Of a stretch of 64,000 nucleotides of DNA, positions 19,708-29,051 are shown piece after piece. Position 1 is the stretch's first letter, and every line of letters begins with the position of its first letter. Position numbers and translations under genes: made by a program. This stretch comes from Leptospira sp. (GTDB taxonomy: Bacteria; Spirochaetota; Leptospiria; Leptospirales; Leptospiraceae). Under the pieces are notes generated by a model. The model saw only the letters and a list, made by a program, of their open reading frames with translations, was not told the origin of the DNA and did not search any database. The stretch spans positions 256,001 through 320,000 of the forward strand of contig JAWXAQ010000027.1 of assembly GCA_034439575.1 (NCBI GenBank). Reading direction: 5' to 3'.

Positions 19708-21350
19708 ACAAATTGCCTTGGTTCCATAAATAAATAACCTTGAGAATATTCAATGCCAAGTTTTAAAATAGTATCTTGGATTTCTTGAGAGGAAACAAAT
19801 TCGGCCACGACTTTGGCTCCTATCCTATGAGATAAATCAACTATCCCTTGCACTAGAACCATCGCTGTTTGGTTATGTGGCAATACTTTGATAAATTGAC
19901 CATCAATTTTGATATAGTCTGGATCAATTTCCATAAGTCTAGAAAGATTTGAATTGAGAACCCCAAAGTCGTCAATTGCTATTTGGCATCCTATTGATTT
20001 CAGATTTTGAATCGTTGTCACGCTGTATTTATTTTCTGTAAAACTAATGTCTTCTAAAATTTCAAAGGTAACTCGTTCCGGTTTTAATTTATAAAGCGCA
20101 AGCCTCGCTTCGACCCATTTCGCAAAACCTTTGTATTCCAATTCAGCTTCGGTGAGATTGATAGAAAAATCATAGGTTTTATCACTAAAATAAGAAAAAG
20201 CTGAATCTATCATTTGTAATCCGATGAGTCGAATGGAACCAGTTGCTTTGGATAGATCAAGAAAGACTGCCGGTGATAAAAATCCTTGTTTGTCCCTAAT
20301 CCTTGCTAAACATTCAAATTTGTTGATTGATTTTGTTTTGTTATCGTAAATTGCCTGAAAGAAAGGAACAATATCTTTATTTTGAATGGCACGATAAATT
20401 TTTTGGCTCATTAAAAAATTTTGTAAGTGATGATCAGTCGATAATTCTTCGTTATACGGTACAGTGGTTTTTAAACCAGTAGATTCTGCTTTGAAAAGGG
20501 CCAGTTTCGCTTTGTAATATGCATCCTCTCTGCCACGAGATACTGCTGAAAAACATTTTATATGAAAGCTTACATCATCTAAAACCAAATCATCGGATTT
20601 GATTAACAAACGAAAGGTTTCAATTTCTTCAATCATACTTTCTTCAGAAAGAGAAGATACAATGGCAATTTCATCTTCATAAAGATGGTAAATTTTTGAA
20701 GTTCCTTTTAAATGAATTGATAACATTTGCAAAAATCGTTTTACGATCCTGCGATAGATTTCAATCCCGAAATTTTTTATAATGCTAGGATATGAGGAAA
20801 TTTTGATTAAGGCAATAGTGTAAACGGCATCATGAGTATCTGGATTTGAAGTGAGTCGAATCAGACTTTCAAAATTTGGATATTTTGTTTCTGAATTGAA
20901 GTAGAGAGATTTCTCTAGTTCTTTATTTTTTTCAGCTAATGATAGATCTGTATCATAAGCGCTGATCGCATGTTTGATTGTGAGTTCAAGGTCATTGGCA
21001 TCCCATGGTTTTGCCATATATCGATAAAGACATCCGTGATTCAAAGCATTGCCTACGGCTTCGGCGGCAGCTTGTCCCGTTAACATGATTTTTTTGGTAT
21101 TTGGATTTGAAAGATGGAGTTGAATTAAAAACTCATCACCTTTGATGCCAGGCATTACCTGGTCGCAGATAACAACGAGTATTTCTTCTCCCGTTTGATT
21201 GATATCCCTAATTAATTCAAATGCCGCTTCAGCGCTTTCTGCCGTTTCGATAATAAAGTTATTACCATAACTTTTTTTAAGCTGTTCTTTCAAATTCCAA
21301 AGTATAAAGAACTCATCATCAATGCATATAATGTAACGTTTGGGATTCAA
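19704..21350 (-). CDS. REC-degenerate GGDEF-EAL c-di-GMP phosphodiesterase
   Basis: REC (CIDDE, CDQVMPG, AKPW); GGDEF degenerate (YEDEI); EAL-domain motifs ECLARI, DDFG, IKIDG, VAEFV and QGY. Confidence 0.9.
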   Translation of the reverse strand: MNPKRYIICIDDEFFILWNLKEQLKKSYGNNFIIETAESAEAAFELIRDINQTGEEILVVICDQVMPGIKGDEFLIQLHLSNPNTKKIMLTGQAAAEAVGNALNHGCLYRYMAKPWDANDLELTIKHAISAYDTDLSLAEKNKELEKSLYFNSETKYPNFESLIRLTSNPDTHDAVYTIALIKISSYPSIIKNFGIEIYRRIVKRFLQMLSIHLKGTSKIYHLYEDEIAIVSSLSEESMIEEIETFRLLIKSDDLVLDDVSFHIKCFSAVSRGREDAYYKAKLALFKAESTGLKTTVPYNEELSTDHHLQNFLMSQKIYRAIQNKDIVPFFQAIYDNKTKSINKFECLARIRDKQGFLSPAVFLDLSKATGSIRLIGLQMIDSAFSYFSDKTYDFSINLTEAELEYKGFAKWVEARLALYKLKPERVTFEILEDISFTENKYSVTTIQNLKSIGCQIAIDDFGVLNSNLSRLMEIDPDYIKIDGQFIKVLPHNQTAMVLVQGIVDLSHRIGAKVVAEFVSSQEIQDTILKLGIEYSQGYLFMEPRQFV

Positions 21351-21420
21351 AATATATTAGCCTTCTTTAATTCCGGATTAGATTTACGACTTTTTGTATT
21401 GTTGCAAGGAATATTTGGTA

Positions 21421-21450
21421 TTGACATTTTTTGAAAATGAGATTTAATCT
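21421..21450 (+). promoter_or_regulatory. Sigma70-type promoter of the RRM gene
   Basis: TTGACA (21421-26) with TAATCT 18 nt downstream (or TTTAAT at 16 nt). Confidence 0.5.
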
Positions 21451-21497
21451 AGCCGTTCCATTCTGAAAGGAAATGGATTAGAATTTACGAGGCTAGA

Positions 21498-21767
21498 ATG
21501 ATTTCTAAGAAAATTTACGTAGGGAATTTGAAATTTACCTTAAAAGAAGAAAATATCAGACAAATATTTTCTGTCTATGGCGCGATCCAAGATTTAAAGA
21601 TGATATACGATCGAGAAACTGGGAACTTTAGGGGATTTGCATTTATCACCTATGGTAGCGAAGAGGCGGCTTCCGATGCAGTCAAACAAATGAATGGCCA
21701 AGAAGTGGATGGTCGGAATCTGAAAGTCACTTTTGCTGAGGACAAAAGAAAAGAAAGACAAGCCTAA
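21498..21767 (+). CDS. RRM-domain RNA-binding protein
   Basis: RNP2 IYVGNL and RNP1 RGFAFITY. Confidence 0.95.
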   Translation: MISKKIYVGNLKFTLKEENIRQIFSVYGAIQDLKMIYDRETGNFRGFAFITYGSEEAASDAVKQMNGQEVDGRNLKVTFAEDKRKERQA

Positions 21768-21809
21768 ATTACACTTTTCCTAATTGCACATACTTGAGAT
21801 AGAGGGAGG

Positions 21810-24398
21810 ATGAATTCCCACTCTATCGAGCACCTGATTGAAGAATATACTTCTCCACTTTGGATCACTCCAAATGTATCAATACGTTTTGATTTAGATA
21901 TAGATAGAACAGTCGTTAGATCAGAGTATGAAATTGCCTACAATGGTCCGGATGAAATTTTTCCCCTTCCACCTTTATTTCTAAACGGAGAAGGACTTAC
22001 TTTTTTATCCCTGAGACTAGATGGTGCGATTTGTGAACCTTTACAGTACCAAATATCGGACGAAGGTCTTTTTTTAAGAACTCCACCGTCCAAATCATTC
22101 CAACTGATTGTAGAAAATAGCATTTGTCCCAAACGAAATACAAGTTTAGAAGGTTTGTATCATTCGGGTTCAATGTTATGTACCCAAAATGAACCAGAAG
22201 GATTTCGTAAGATTACCTATTCCATTGATAGACCTGACAATCCGACAAAATTTAAAGTCACACTCTGCGGAGATAAATCTCTTTTTCCCATTTTACTTTC
22301 GAACGGAAATCAAATTGCTTCGCGAGATTTTGGCGAAGGAAAACAAGAGGTAGTTTGGGAGGATCCCTTTCCAAAACCAAGTTATCTCTTTGCCATTGTA
22401 GCCGGTGACTTGGTGGCAAAAACGGATGTTTATACGACTAAATCGGGGAAAAAAATTGATTTAAAAATTTATGTAGATCGAAACAATCTGAATAAAACCG
22501 ACTTTGCTATGTTAGCTTTAAAAGAAGCTATGCTTTGGGATGAAGAGACATTTGGTTTAGAATATGATTTAGATCTTTATATGATTGTGGCCGTTGATGA
22601 TTTTAATATGGGGGCAATGGAGAATAAAGGACTAAATCTTTTCAATTCAAAACTGGTGTTAGCTGATAAACTTTCTGCTACGGATGAAACTTTTGAATCG
22701 ATACTCGCCGTTGTAGCTCATGAATACTTTCATAATTGGACTGGAAACCGAGTGACTTTAAAAAATTGGTTCAATCTCACTTTAAAAGAAGGACTGACCG
22801 TTTTTCGCGACCAATGGTTCACAGAAGATAAAACAGATGTCAGCGTCAAACGTATCAAAGATGTTATGTTACTCATTGAACACCAGTTTCCAGAAGATGC
22901 AGGTCCAATGGCTCATCCCATTTTGCCAAAATCCTATGTAGAAATGAACAATTTTTATACGGTCACAGTATATGAAAAAGGAGCAGAGGTAATCCGCATG
23001 CTCTCACTCCTAATCGGGAGAGAACTTTTCAAAAAAGGACTGATACACTATTTAAAAACTTATGACGGGCAAGCGGTGTCATATGAAGAGTTTGTTTCTT
23101 CTATGGAATTTGTAAGTGGTAAAGATTTAAAAGTATTCCGAAATTGGTACGATAGAAAAGGAACACCTAACATAACCATGTCGGAAAAGTGGGATGAAGT
23201 TAATGGAAATTATACCATTCAAATGCGAGATATAGAAGAAAATCAAATTCCCTTACATTATCCTGTTGAAGTGGCACTCTTTGACAGTTCTGGTTCCATC
23301 ATCGCAGAAGAGGTATTGGAATTAAAAGGTCATTTTCTGGAACACTCATGGAACCAACTAAAAGAAAAACCTATTCTTTCTCCCTTTCGCAGATTTTCTT
23401 CCCCCATCAAACTATCATTTCCACGCAATGTATCGGAATTATCATTTTTGGCAAAATATGAAAAGGATGGATTTTCGAAATTTTTCGCCTTACAAGAAGT
23501 AGTTTTATATGAACTAAATCAAATGTTTTATGGCAATCAGAAGATGGATTTTGAATCTATCATTACGATATTCCGTGAAAATTTACGGAATCGAGATTCT
23601 CTTCCAAAAGATTTTTTAAGTTACCTTCTGGCACTTCCTGGTCTCAACCAATTGGCCGAAAAATTCCAAATTTTTAATTTTGTAGAATTAGAAAAGATTA
23701 GAAAAACTTTGTTAATTAATATAGCAAACAACCTAACAACAGAATTTCAAGAATTGTATGCAGAAAATTTCAAATCTCTCGCTTCACAAAACAGAGAACA
23801 AATAGGTAAACGAAAATTGAAAAATACAGCCCTTTATTATCTTTTTCATGCAGAAAATATGAAAGATAAAATAGGTGACATGGCATTACGTCAACAAACA
23901 GACGCTAATCACATGAGTGAAGAATTATCTGTACTAAGATATTTTTGTGAAACAAATGTTACTAAAAAAGAAAAAAGTATCAGCCTTTTTTATGATAAGT
24001 GGAAAAAAGATCCGCTCGTTTTGGATTATTGGTTTTCAGCACAGGTATCAACAAGTGCCGATGCATTAGTTGTGGCACAAAACCTATCTTCTAGCAAAGA
24101 TTTTAATTGGCAAAATCCAAATCGTGTCAGGGCATTGATCGGTGCGTTTGCAAGGAACAATGTTTCGTTTCATAAATCGGATGGCTCTGGATATTTATTT
24201 CTTTCGAAGGCACTAGAAAAATTAAATGATATCAATCCGCAAATCGCATCCAATTTAGGAAAATTATTTCAATCGGTGAGACTACAGGAAAATAAACAAA
24301 AACAAATTGCAAAGAAAGAAATGGAGAGGCTTTTAGAAATGAAAAACCTTTCACGAGATTTGGGCGAAGTGCTCGGAAAAATCGTGAAAGGATTGTGA
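21810..24398 (+). CDS. pepN: Aminopeptidase N (M1 family)
   Basis: GAMENKGLN, HEYFHNWTGNRVT...LKEG, YTVTVYEKGAEV and NPNRVRALIG. Confidence 0.96.
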   Translation: MNSHSIEHLIEEYTSPLWITPNVSIRFDLDIDRTVVRSEYEIAYNGPDEIFPLPPLFLNGEGLTFLSLRLDGAICEPLQYQISDEGLFLRTPPSKSFQLIVENSICPKRNTSLEGLYHSGSMLCTQNEPEGFRKITYSIDRPDNPTKFKVTLCGDKSLFPILLSNGNQIASRDFGEGKQEVVWEDPFPKPSYLFAIVAGDLVAKTDVYTTKSGKKIDLKIYVDRNNLNKTDFAMLALKEAMLWDEETFGLEYDLDLYMIVAVDDFNMGAMENKGLNLFNSKLVLADKLSATDETFESILAVVAHEYFHNWTGNRVTLKNWFNLTLKEGLTVFRDQWFTEDKTDVSVKRIKDVMLLIEHQFPEDAGPMAHPILPKSYVEMNNFYTVTVYEKGAEVIRMLSLLIGRELFKKGLIHYLKTYDGQAVSYEEFVSSMEFVSGKDLKVFRNWYDRKGTPNITMSEKWDEVNGNYTIQMRDIEENQIPLHYPVEVALFDSSGSIIAEEVLELKGHFLEHSWNQLKEKPILSPFRRFSSPIKLSFPRNVSELSFLAKYEKDGFSKFFALQEVVLYELNQMFYGNQKMDFESIITIFRENLRNRDSLPKDFLSYLLALPGLNQLAEKFQIFNFVELEKIRKTLLINIANNLTTEFQELYAENFKSLASQNREQIGKRKLKNTALYYLFHAENMKDKIGDMALRQQTDANHMSEELSVLRYFCETNVTKKEKSISLFYDKWKKDPLVLDYWFSAQVSTSADALVVAQNLSSSKDFNWQNPNRVRALIGAFARNNVSFHKSDGSGYLFLSKALEKLNDINPQIASNLGKLFQSVRLQENKQKQIAKKEMERLLEMKNLSRDLGEVLGKIVKGL

Positions 24399-24402
24399 GT
24401 TT

Positions 24403-26286
24403 TTAAGTGTACATTCCCTTGATCAAATCTTTGTATTTGTCATGAATTACATTTCTCTTCATTTTGAATAAGTTGGTCAGCTCATCGCCAACTTCCATGA
24501 TCTTTGGCAAAAAGCGAAAATCAGTGAGTTTTTCGAAAGATTTAAATCCATTCTCAGAAGAGATTTGTTTTTTGATGATGTTTTGATAAAAGGATCGGAC
24601 TTCTTTGTTTTGGTTTAAGTCTTCACCTTCACTGAATTTAACACCTGCTTCTTTCAATCGTTCTTTATCAGGCCAAACAAGGGCTGTGAGAGATTTTTGA
24701 TCTTGTCCGACAACAATCACTTGGTTGATAAATGAATTTTCTAATAACAAATTTTCGATAGGAACTGGCTCTACGTTCTCTCCACCTAACAAAACGATGG
24801 TATCTTTGACTCGTCCTCTTACTGAAAGTGTGTCGTTAAAAGAAACAAAACCAAGGTCACCAGTATTCATCCAGCCGTCTTTTAGAGTTTTAGCAGTGGC
24901 TTCTTCATTTTTATAATAACCCTTCATGACTTGAGGGCCTTTTATGTGAATGACACCCATTTTACCGCGTGGCATAACTTCGCCTGTATCACTCAGAATT
25001 TTTACAGAAGTTCCATCTGGCCAATAGCCAACAGATCCTTGCACAACTTTTCCTACTTCGCGCACAGAAATGATCGGAGAACATTCAGTCATTCCATAAC
25101 CTTCATAGACGGGAATGCCGATCACGTTAAAAAATTCATCAACGTGTGCGGGTAGGGCACCACCACCAGAAATAGTTCCATGAAGTTTACCACCTAACAC
25201 ATCTCTGATTTTTGAGAAAACAATACCATCTAATATTTTTGCTGGTAAAAACAAATTGATAGAATTGGCAATGGCAAAGGTTGTATTTTTGGCACGTTCA
25301 AAAGGATTTTCTTCTGTTGCTAGAAGTTTGTTGCCTGCCAAATAATCAGTGGCATCTTTCCATTTTTTACAAACGTCGTAGGCAAATTCAAAAAGTTTCC
25401 TTCTTGTCTCAGGTGCTTTTTCCAATTTTTGTTTGATGCCCAAATATAAATTTTCCCAAAGTCTAGGAGCTGATGCCATAAACGTAGGTTTGATTTTTGT
25501 AAAATCATCTCTTAGATCTCTAACATTTGTATATGCAATGCTTGCACCTTCGGCAAGTAATGCGTAATCAATGGCCCTTTCAAATATATGCCAAACTGGT
25601 AATATAGACAAGGCACGATCCCCAGGAATGAGTCCTACTTTTGGTGGAACTTTTAAAACATTATAAACCATATTTTGGTGAGTGAGCATCACACCTTTAG
25701 GCATTCCTGTTGTTCCAGAAGTGTAAATGATGGTGAAAAGATCATCTGGTTTTACTTGTTTGGCTCTGAGTTCCAAAGAAGGTAAATTCTTTCTGTAATC
25801 TTCACCTAACTTAATTAAATCTTTTAATGAATAAACATCTGGTTCCTTAGAAACGAAACTAGGATCAAGGATAAAGATTTTTTCTACTTTGGTTTGTGGA
25901 AAAATAGGTTTAAGTGCATCATACAGTTTTTGGTGTTCAACGAAGCAGTATTTACTTTCAGAGTGTTCTAATATATATTGTATTTCTTGTGGAGTCGAAT
26001 CAGAACCACGCGGGACATCAACAGCACCATTTAACAAAACTGCCATATCAGCAACAGCCCATTCTGTTCGGTTATCAGCCATTAGGCCTACACGATCTCC
26101 GGGTTTTAAACCGAATTGTAATAAGGCAAGCCCTACATTTTCAGCGTCTTTAAAGGCAGCGCTAAATGTCGTACCTGTAAAGTTTTTTTGGCTATCTTTG
26201 GCAAAGAATAGTTCTCTCGAACCATAATGATTTTTTGCATAATAAAACACATCGTTCAGTGTTGCGAAATTTTTCATTCCAGGCAT
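24403..26286 (-). CDS. fadD: Long-chain-fatty-acid--CoA ligase (AMP-dependent synthetase)
   Basis: YTSGTTGMPKGV, YEGYGMTE, TGDLG and GRVKD...GGENVEP. Confidence 0.92.
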   Translation of the reverse strand: MPGMKNFATLNDVFYYAKNHYGSRELFFAKDSQKNFTGTTFSAAFKDAENVGLALLQFGLKPGDRVGLMADNRTEWAVADMAVLLNGAVDVPRGSDSTPQEIQYILEHSESKYCFVEHQKLYDALKPIFPQTKVEKIFILDPSFVSKEPDVYSLKDLIKLGEDYRKNLPSLELRAKQVKPDDLFTIIYTSGTTGMPKGVMLTHQNMVYNVLKVPPKVGLIPGDRALSILPVWHIFERAIDYALLAEGASIAYTNVRDLRDDFTKIKPTFMASAPRLWENLYLGIKQKLEKAPETRRKLFEFAYDVCKKWKDATDYLAGNKLLATEENPFERAKNTTFAIANSINLFLPAKILDGIVFSKIRDVLGGKLHGTISGGGALPAHVDEFFNVIGIPVYEGYGMTECSPIISVREVGKVVQGSVGYWPDGTSVKILSDTGEVMPRGKMGVIHIKGPQVMKGYYKNEEATAKTLKDGWMNTGDLGFVSFNDTLSVRGRVKDTIVLLGGENVEPVPIENLLLENSFINQVIVVGQDQKSLTALVWPDKERLKEAGVKFSEGEDLNQNKEVRSFYQNIIKKQISSENGFKSFEKLTDFRFLPKIMEVGDELTNLFKMKRNVIHDKYKDLIKGMYT

Positions 26287-26314
26287 AACTCCATAAATTC
26301 TTCTCGATGCTTTC

Positions 26315-27802
26315 TTACTTCTGTTTCACTTGCAAGGAATATTTTGAAATCAAACTTTTCCCTTGGCTTGATTCAGTGAATTTAGAATAAAGTGGGTTAT
26401 CCAGAATTTGTTGGATCAGAGTTAGATCTTTGTTCAATGCTTGCAAAAGATAGGGATGACCATCCTCTGTGCGATTCAAAGAATAATACGCATGTGCAAT
26501 TTTAAAATGAATCAATGGATGGTATTCAGAATCTTGGGATTTTGCGAGTGCCTTTTTTAAATCTTCTACAGCCTCTAAATGTTTTGAAAGTAATAGGTTA
26601 CAAGAAGCACGGTAATAGAAAAAATAAAATCTTGCTACATGAAGCATTCTCCTTTCCCGAAGGCGTTCTAAACTAGATATGCAAGAGAGGGGATCTTTAT
26701 CCATATATTCTGCAAGAGAGAGATTTAAGATCAGTTCTGGATTTTCTTCGCCATTAGTTTTGAAATATTCTTCGGCCGCTTTTCTATAGGTTTTTTTGGC
26801 TTCTTTATAATTTTGTGAGAGGTAAAGTTGATAATAGGCTTTATAAATCAATATATTCAATGATGATTTTTCACAAATAGAAATACTTAAAAATTCATCT
26901 AGATTCTTCGCAAAGGAATTAAAATTCTTTTTCTGGTAATCAAGAGATATGATTTCTGATAGAAGTGAACAAGACTTAAACGACGGTTTTTGAAATTCTT
27001 TTTTTATTTCATCAAGTGCTTTATTGAATAATTTTAAGGCAAGGTCTGTATTTCCTTCGGCTAATGCAACTTTGGCTTCTTTCTCTTCTTTTTCACCTAT
27101 ACCTTGACAGGTGGAAAGTTTTCCTGATTCATAAATACATATTCTTTCCCGAAATCCATTTTCATTTTCATCATATTCCACTCGTACCAATTGGCAATTT
27201 TCATAAATCCACCATTCATCAATACTCCCAATACCATTTTTATCTTTTTTTACTTCCTTTATACATTGGTTGGGAGAAAAAGTTGTAAATGATTCTTTGC
27301 GACCACTACGAGTCTCATCTTCTTCGAGTGCAGTTAATTCCCCATCTTTAGAATAAAATTCCCAGCGGTAGGGTTTAAATAGTATTCGATCCGAATAAAA
27401 TGAAATTTTCAAATTTCCATTGGTAGGATCATTTGCAGTATAACAAGAAATTGTTGATTTACCAAGTAAGTTTTGAAAAATTTGTTCTCCATATAATTCT
27501 GTTAGTTGAGGTCGTATATTGACTCTATGCCTTGGGATTCTATATGTGTTATGATACCTTTCTAGATACTTAACGCAAAATTGGAATACTTCGTGACTGA
27601 TGGCTTCTTTCGTTACTTGGCTTGGGGTTTCATAGCCGAAACTAAACTTATGTGTTTCTGGGGATTTGTCGAAGAGTTGGTATTCTTCTTTTGATTTTTG
27701 TAATAAGAGCCAGACTTCTTCTAATCCGAGTGCCTCTAGCATTCCCAAGGGGCAAAATGTAAGAAGAAACAAACATATGTTAACTTTTAAAAATGCTTTC
27801 AA
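26315..27802 (-). CDS. Exported TPR protein with N-terminal Dx[DN]xxG-type repeats
   Basis: Signal-like N-terminus; three short repeats (EDETRSGRKE, DKNGIGSIDEW, DENENGFRE); TPR-like helices in the C-terminal half. Confidence 0.75.
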   Translation of the reverse strand: MKAFLKVNICLFLLTFCPLGMLEALGLEEVWLLLQKSKEEYQLFDKSPETHKFSFGYETPSQVTKEAISHEVFQFCVKYLERYHNTYRIPRHRVNIRPQLTELYGEQIFQNLLGKSTISCYTANDPTNGNLKISFYSDRILFKPYRWEFYSKDGELTALEEDETRSGRKESFTTFSPNQCIKEVKKDKNGIGSIDEWWIYENCQLVRVEYDENENGFRERICIYESGKLSTCQGIGEKEEKEAKVALAEGNTDLALKLFNKALDEIKKEFQKPSFKSCSLLSEIISLDYQKKNFNSFAKNLDEFLSISICEKSSLNILIYKAYYQLYLSQNYKEAKKTYRKAAEEYFKTNGEENPELILNLSLAEYMDKDPLSCISSLERLRERRMLHVARFYFFYYRASCNLLLSKHLEAVEDLKKALAKSQDSEYHPLIHFKIAHAYYSLNRTEDGHPYLLQALNKDLTLIQQILDNPLYSKFTESSQGKSLISKYSLQVKQK

Positions 27803-27806
27803 GCCT

Positions 27807-28187
27807 TCAGGATTTACTTTTCAAATAGAGATCAAATAAGATAGGATTTTCATATGGATTGCCGACTTTTCGAATAGAAAACAACTGAAGTAAGGGCACA
27901 CTATTTTCAAAATAAAATGCCGCATGTTCGTTGTTATAGCGAATCACTCCGACCTCTTGTGTTAAATTCCCACCTTTGGCAATTGTATGTTCAATGATAT
28001 CTTCTTCATACAACTCTTTGTCATACTTATCTTTCATTCCCGTAGATGCATGTAAAATGAAATTGTTTTCATTTTGAATCGGTTGACCCATGCGAAGAAG
28101 TTTTCCATCTAAGGTTAAAGAAAATCCCTTTATGGTGAATTCTTTTGCCGTTTTGTCCCAAACCCTAAATTTTGCCAAATATGCCAT
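27807..28187 (-). CDS. YopX family protein
   Basis: KFRVWDK, STGMKDKYDKELYEEDII and KVGNPYENP signature. Start taken as ATG 28187 (28211 also possible). Confidence 0.85.
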   Translation of the reverse strand: MAYLAKFRVWDKTAKEFTIKGFSLTLDGKLLRMGQPIQNENNFILHASTGMKDKYDKELYEEDIIEHTIAKGGNLTQEVGVIRYNNEHAAFYFENSVPLLQLFSIRKVGNPYENPILFDLYLKSKS

Positions 28188-28283
28188 ATCTGTGACTATA
28201 ATTTTTCTCATGGAAACAAAGACCAAGGAAATTTCAAAAAAAATTCCTTGGTAATTCTCCTAAACTTATTAGAATGAGTCGGA

Positions 28284-29051
28284 ATGAAAATAATCACTGT
28301 ATCCAATATCAAAGGTGGAAGCGCCAAGTCCACAACAGCGATTCATCTTGCGAGTGCTCTTTCCAGGCGCGGAAAGACACTTGTCATTGATATGGACATG
28401 CAGGCAGACCTCACCGATTTTTTTCTGCCAGATAGTTCTCTAGATCGTTTGGAAGCTCACAATATTATGACTTTGCTTTTAGGACAATCAAACATAGAAC
28501 AAGTGATTATAGAAAAACCGCACATGGATATCATTCCGGCTACTCTTACTTTAGCGAAGTTGGTGAGGATCGTCCAAGATCCTTTTTTTCTTTCACAACA
28601 ACTAAAACGCGGATTGGAAGCCGTCAAAAACAAATATGCATACGTAGTCATAGACACTCCTGGTTCTGCTAAATATGAACTGACTAGTGCCCTAAGTTGT
28701 GCGAATTTAGTTGTGATTCCAGTAACACCGAGTAAATGGGCCATTCGTGCCGTCAATTTATTGTTAGATGAAATTTCTTCTGCTGAAACTTTATTTTCAG
28801 CAAAAAAGAAAACTGCCTTTTTGCCTTGCTTATTTGGAACTTCCAAAAAACACCGAGAGATTTTGGATAAGTTAAAAGCAATTGAAGAAATTCCTACTTT
28901 AAACGAAATTCCGAAATCTGAATCTATCAAAACAAAAACTGAAAAACATGAGTTCTTAAAAAAAGATTCCATTCCTTGGTTTGCTTTTGACCTACTCGCC
29001 GATGAAGTGATTAAAATGGTGGACCCTGAAAACGGATTTCCATTTATTTAG
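28284..29051 (+). CDS. ParA/Soj family ATPase (orphan)
   Basis: Deviant Walker A KGGSAKST, IDMDMQA and VIDTPG; no parB adjacent. Confidence 0.9.
   Translation: MKIITVSNIKGGSAKSTTAIHLASALSRRGKTLVIDMDMQADLTDFFLPDSSLDRLEAHNIMTLLLGQSNIEQVIIEKPHMDIIPATLTLAKLVRIVQDPFFLSQQLKRGLEAVKNKYAYVVIDTPGSAKYELTSALSCANLVVIPVTPSKWAIRAVNLLLDEISSAETLFSAKKKTAFLPCLFGTSKKHREILDKLKAIEEIPTLNEIPKSESIKTKTEKHEFLKKDSIPWFAFDLLADEVIKMVDPENGFPFI

Noticed and set aside
27807-28226. Prophage suggested by yopX
   Set aside because: No integrase, terminase, capsid or att-like repeats; the flanks are housekeeping genes.
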